A stretch of DNA of 64,000 bases from Mobula hypostoma. Taxonomy: Eukaryota. Positions 60,136-64,000 of this stretch are shown one piece after another. Position 1 is the stretch's first letter. Each line of letters begins with the position of its first letter. The notes below the pieces were generated by a model. That model worked only from the letters and a program-made list of their open reading frames with translations, was not told the origin of the DNA and did no database searches. A program made the position numbers and the translations under genes. Location of the stretch: NCBI RefSeq assembly GCF_963921235.1, contig NC_086108.1, positions 33,482,001-33,546,000 of the forward strand, in the 5' to 3' direction.

Positions 60136-63100
60136 GAAGCAAAAAGTAGTAAGGAGAAAAGTAAAAGTGGCAGGCCGACAAATCCAGGGCAAGCATCAAA
60201 AAGGGCCACTTTTCAACATAATTGTATAAGGGCTAAGAGAGTTGTAAAAGAGCACCTGAAGGCTTTGTGTGTCAATGCAAGGAGCATTCGTAACAAGGTG
60301 GATGAATTGAAAGTGCAGATTGTTATTAATGATTATGATATAGTTGGGAACACAGAGACATGGCTCCAGGGTGACCAAGGATGGGAGCTCAACGTTCAGG
60401 GATATTCAATATTCAGGAGGGATAGACATGAAGGAAGGGGAGGTGGGGTAGCGTTGCTGGTTAAAGAAGAGATTAACGCAATAGAAAGGAAGGACATAAG
60501 CCGGGAAGATGTGGAATCGATATGGGTAGAGCTGCGTAACACTAAGGGGCAGAAAACGCTGGTGGGAGTTGTGTACAGGCCACCTAACAGTAGTAGTGAG
60601 GTCGGAGATGGTATTAAACAGGAAATTAGAAATGTGTGCAATAAAGGAACAGCAGTTATAATGGGTGACTTCAATCTACATGTAGATTGGGTGAACCAAA
60701 TTGGTAAAGGTGCTGAGGAAGAGGATTTCTTGGAATGTATGTGGGATGGTTTTTTGAACTAACATGTCGGGGAGCCAACTAGAGAGCAGGCTATTCTAGA
60801 CTGGGTTTTGAGCAATGAGGAAGGGTTAATTAGCAATCTTGTCGTGAGAGGCCCCTTGGGTAAGAGTGACCATAATATGGTGGAATTCTTCATTAAGATG
60901 GAAAGTGACATAGTTAATTCAGAAACAAAGGTTCTGAACTTAAAGAGGGGTAACTTTGAAGGTATGAGACGTGAATTAGCTAAGATAGACTGGCAAATGA
61001 CACTTAAAGGATTGACGGTGGATATGCAATGGCAAGCATTTAAGGATTGCATGGATGAACTACAACAATTGTTCATCCCAGTTTGGCAAAAGAATAAATC
61101 AAGGAAGGTAGTGCACCCGTGGCTGACAAGAGAAATTAGGGATAGTATCAATTCCAAAGAAGAAGCATACAAATTAGCCAGAGAAAGTGGCTCACCTGAG
61201 GACTGGGAGAAATTCAGAGTTCAGCAGAGGAGGGCAAAGGGCTTAATTAGGAAGGGGAGAAAAGATTATGAGAGAAAACTGGCAGGGAACATAAAAACTG
61301 ACTGTAAAAGCTTTTATAGATATGTAAACAGGAAAAGACTGGTAAAGACAAATGTAGGTCCCCTACAGACAGAAACAGGTGAATTGATTATGGGGAGCAA
61401 GGACATGGCAGACCAATTGAATAATTACTTTGGTTCTGTCTTCACTAAGGAGGACATAAATAATCTTCCAGAAATAGTAGGGGACAGAGGGTCCATGAGA
61501 TGGAGGAACTGAGCGAAATACATGTTAGTAGGGAAGTGGTGTTGGGTAAATTGAAGGGATTAAAGGCAGATAAATCCCCAGGGCCAGATGGTCTGCATCC
61601 CGGAGTGCTTAAGGAAGTAGCCCAAGAAATAGTGGATGCATTAGTGATAATTTTTCAAAACTCGTTAGATTCTGGACTAGTTCCTGAGGATTGGAGGGTG
61701 GCTAATGTAACCCCACTTTTTAATAAAGGAGGGAGAGAGAAACTGGGGAATTGTAGACTGGTTAGATTAATGTCGGTGGTGGGGAAACTGCTGGAGTCAG
61801 TTATCAAAGATGTGATAACAGCACATTTGGAAAGCGGTGAAATCATCGGACAAAGTCAGCATGGATTTGTGAAAGGAAAATCATGTCTGACGAATCTCAT
61901 AGAATTTTTTGAGGATGTAACTAGTAGAGTGGATAGGGGAGAACCAGTGGATGTGGTATATTTGGATTTTCAAAAGGCTTTTGACAAGGTCCCACACAGG
62001 AGATTAGTGTGCAAACTTAAAGCACATGGTATTGGGGGTAAGGTATTGATGTGGATAGAGAATTGGTTAGCAGACAGGAAGCAAAGAGTGGGAATAAACG
62101 GGACCTTTTCAGATTGGCAGGCAGTGACTAGTGGGGTACCGCAAGGCTCAGTGCTGGGACCCCAGTTGTTTACGATATATATTAATGACTTGGATGAGGG
62201 AATTAAATGCAGCATCTCCAAGTTTGCGGATGACACGAAACTGGGCGGCAGTGTTAGCTGTGAGGAGGATGCTAAGAGGATGCAGGGTGACTTGGATAGG
62301 TTGGGTGAGTGGGCAAATTCATGGCAGATGCAATTTAATGTGGATAAATGTGAAGTTATCCCCTTTGGTGGCAAAAATAGGAAAACAGATTATTATCTGA
62401 ATGGTTGCCGATTCGGAAAAGGGGAGGTGCAAAGAGACCTGGGTGTCATTATACACCAGTCATTTAAAGTGGGCATGCAGGTACAGCAGGCGGTGAAAAA
62501 GGCAAATGGTATGCTGGCATTTATAGCGAGAGGATTCGAGTACAGGAGCAGGGAGGTACTTCTGCAGTTGTACAAGGCCTTGGTGAGACCACACCTGGAG
62601 TATTGTGTGCAGTTTTGGTCCCCTAATCTGAGGAAAGACATCCTTGCCATAGAGGGAGTACAAAGAAGGTTCACCAGATTGATTCCTGGGATGGCAGGAC
62701 TTTCATATGAAGAAAGACTGGATGAACTGGGCTTGTACTCGTTGGAATTTAGAAGATTGAGGGGGGATCTGATTGAAACGTATAAAATCCTAAAGGGATT
62801 GAACAGGCTAGATGCAGGAAGATTGTTCCCGATGTTGATGAAGTCCAGAACGAGGGGTCACAGTTTGAGGATAAAGGGGAAGCCTTTTAGGACCAAGATT
62901 AGGAAAAACTTCTTCACACAGAGAGTGGTGAATCTGTGGAATTCTCTGCCACAAGAAACAGTTGAGGCCAGTTCATTGGCTATATTTAAGAGGGAGTTGG
63001 ATATGGCCCTTGTGGCTACGGGGATCAGGGGGTATGGAGGGAAGGCTGGTGCAGAGTTCTGAGTTGGATGATCAGCCATGATCATAATAAATGGCTGTGC

Positions 63101-63162
63101 AGGCTCGAAGGGCCGAATGGCCTACTCCTGCACCTATTTTCTATGTTTCTGTGTTTCTATGT
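60136..63162 (+). mobile_element. Young 5'-truncated CR1 LINE (ORF2: APE + RT) with one stop and one frameshift
   Basis: ORFs 60130, 60808 and 61500. Nearly identical to 33771-36787. TAA at 60760 replaces CAA, and there is a 1-nt loss near 61495. tgtta appears at both junctions (60131-60135, 63160-63164). Confidence 0.97.
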
Positions 63163-64000
63163 TAAATGCTAAAATGTGTAACACAAAATGGAAGCTAGTA
63201 ATACGAAATGGTGTAGGTCTGGGAGGGGAGAATGTTTGGAGAGTGAACATGAGAACCAGTCCACAACTATGTTTTGAGAACTTAGTATGAGTACCAATCT
63301 ACAGCGTTGTGAGTAGATAATGATAAAAAAAAACACATTTGGCTTGAAAAGTACTGGGGTAATTGTTTTAATAGATTTTTGAAGGGATCTTGAAGGATAT
63401 AAAAGGAACAATTACTTTATGCAAGTGGGAATCTTCTCTTAGGCTGGGTCAGGTCTAGAGCTAAATGCTGGAGATAGAGACAAGGACATTGAGAGGGAGG
63501 GAGAGACTTGAAAAAACTGTCCAGCACTTGCAGTTCCCTCCGGCAGTAAATTGAGTGGAGTGCCTTAGTGATTGGTTGACAACCATTATTTTGTCTCTTT
63601 TGATACTTCATTAATTATTTTTTTGTCTGTATTTTGATTTATATAGCCCTAATAAAGTGAGTTCTTATAGCCTTTAATATGTTTATAGTGTCTCCTTTGT
63701 GTGCAGATACCTCGCTGCTGAATTAGAAGAGAACAAGGAACGCATTTTTAAATATTTTCAGTAGAGATGGTGGCCCCCATCTAACAGGAGGTAGTGAGGT
63801 AGTTAGTGGAATCCTGACAGTCTTCAGTGGCTGCAGCAGCTACTGCTGGTCCTTAGCAATGATCTGCACATACTGCACCAGCCAGGATGCATCTCTAAAC
63901 CCTGCATCTTAGGACTGAGTCGATACACTGCTCCCGTAGCTCACCCAGCCCCAGCTGTCACAGGGGGCTTGCCGACAGGAGGTTTAATCGCTGCTGGGAG

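Noticed and set aside
34030..63085. Numerous antisense ORFs over CR1, Rex and Gypsy sequences
   Set aside because: Shadow frames of TE coding regions, recurring identically in each copy.

Overview
Repeat-dense vertebrate genomic DNA. The repeat families and the gene suggest a cartilaginous fish, probably a ray or shark (inference). One clear host gene is present: a two-exon LRRC52-like BK/Slo channel gamma-subunit gene on the + strand. Exon 1 CDS is 29153-29771 and exon 2 CDS is 50030-50325, separated by a ~20.3-kb phase-1 GT-AG intron, giving 304 aa. Most of the rest is nested transposons: many CR1 LINEs (two young near-identical copies), Rex1/Babar LINE fragments, a Neptune-type Penelope-like element (RT + GIY-YIG) carrying a minimal hammerhead ribozyme, and several short Penelope-terminal insertions that break at that ribozyme. 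Also present are a Gmr1-type Gypsy element with in-frame internal pol deletions inserted in another LTR, a solo LTR with a 5-bp TSD, a palindromic mariner-type MITE, tRNA-type SINEs, and a ~2.1-kb 30-bp minisatellite grown from inside a SINE. No prokaryotic features, CRISPR arrays, rRNA or tRNA genes were seen. Element boundaries were read by eye and are approximate unless a TSD or splice site is cited.
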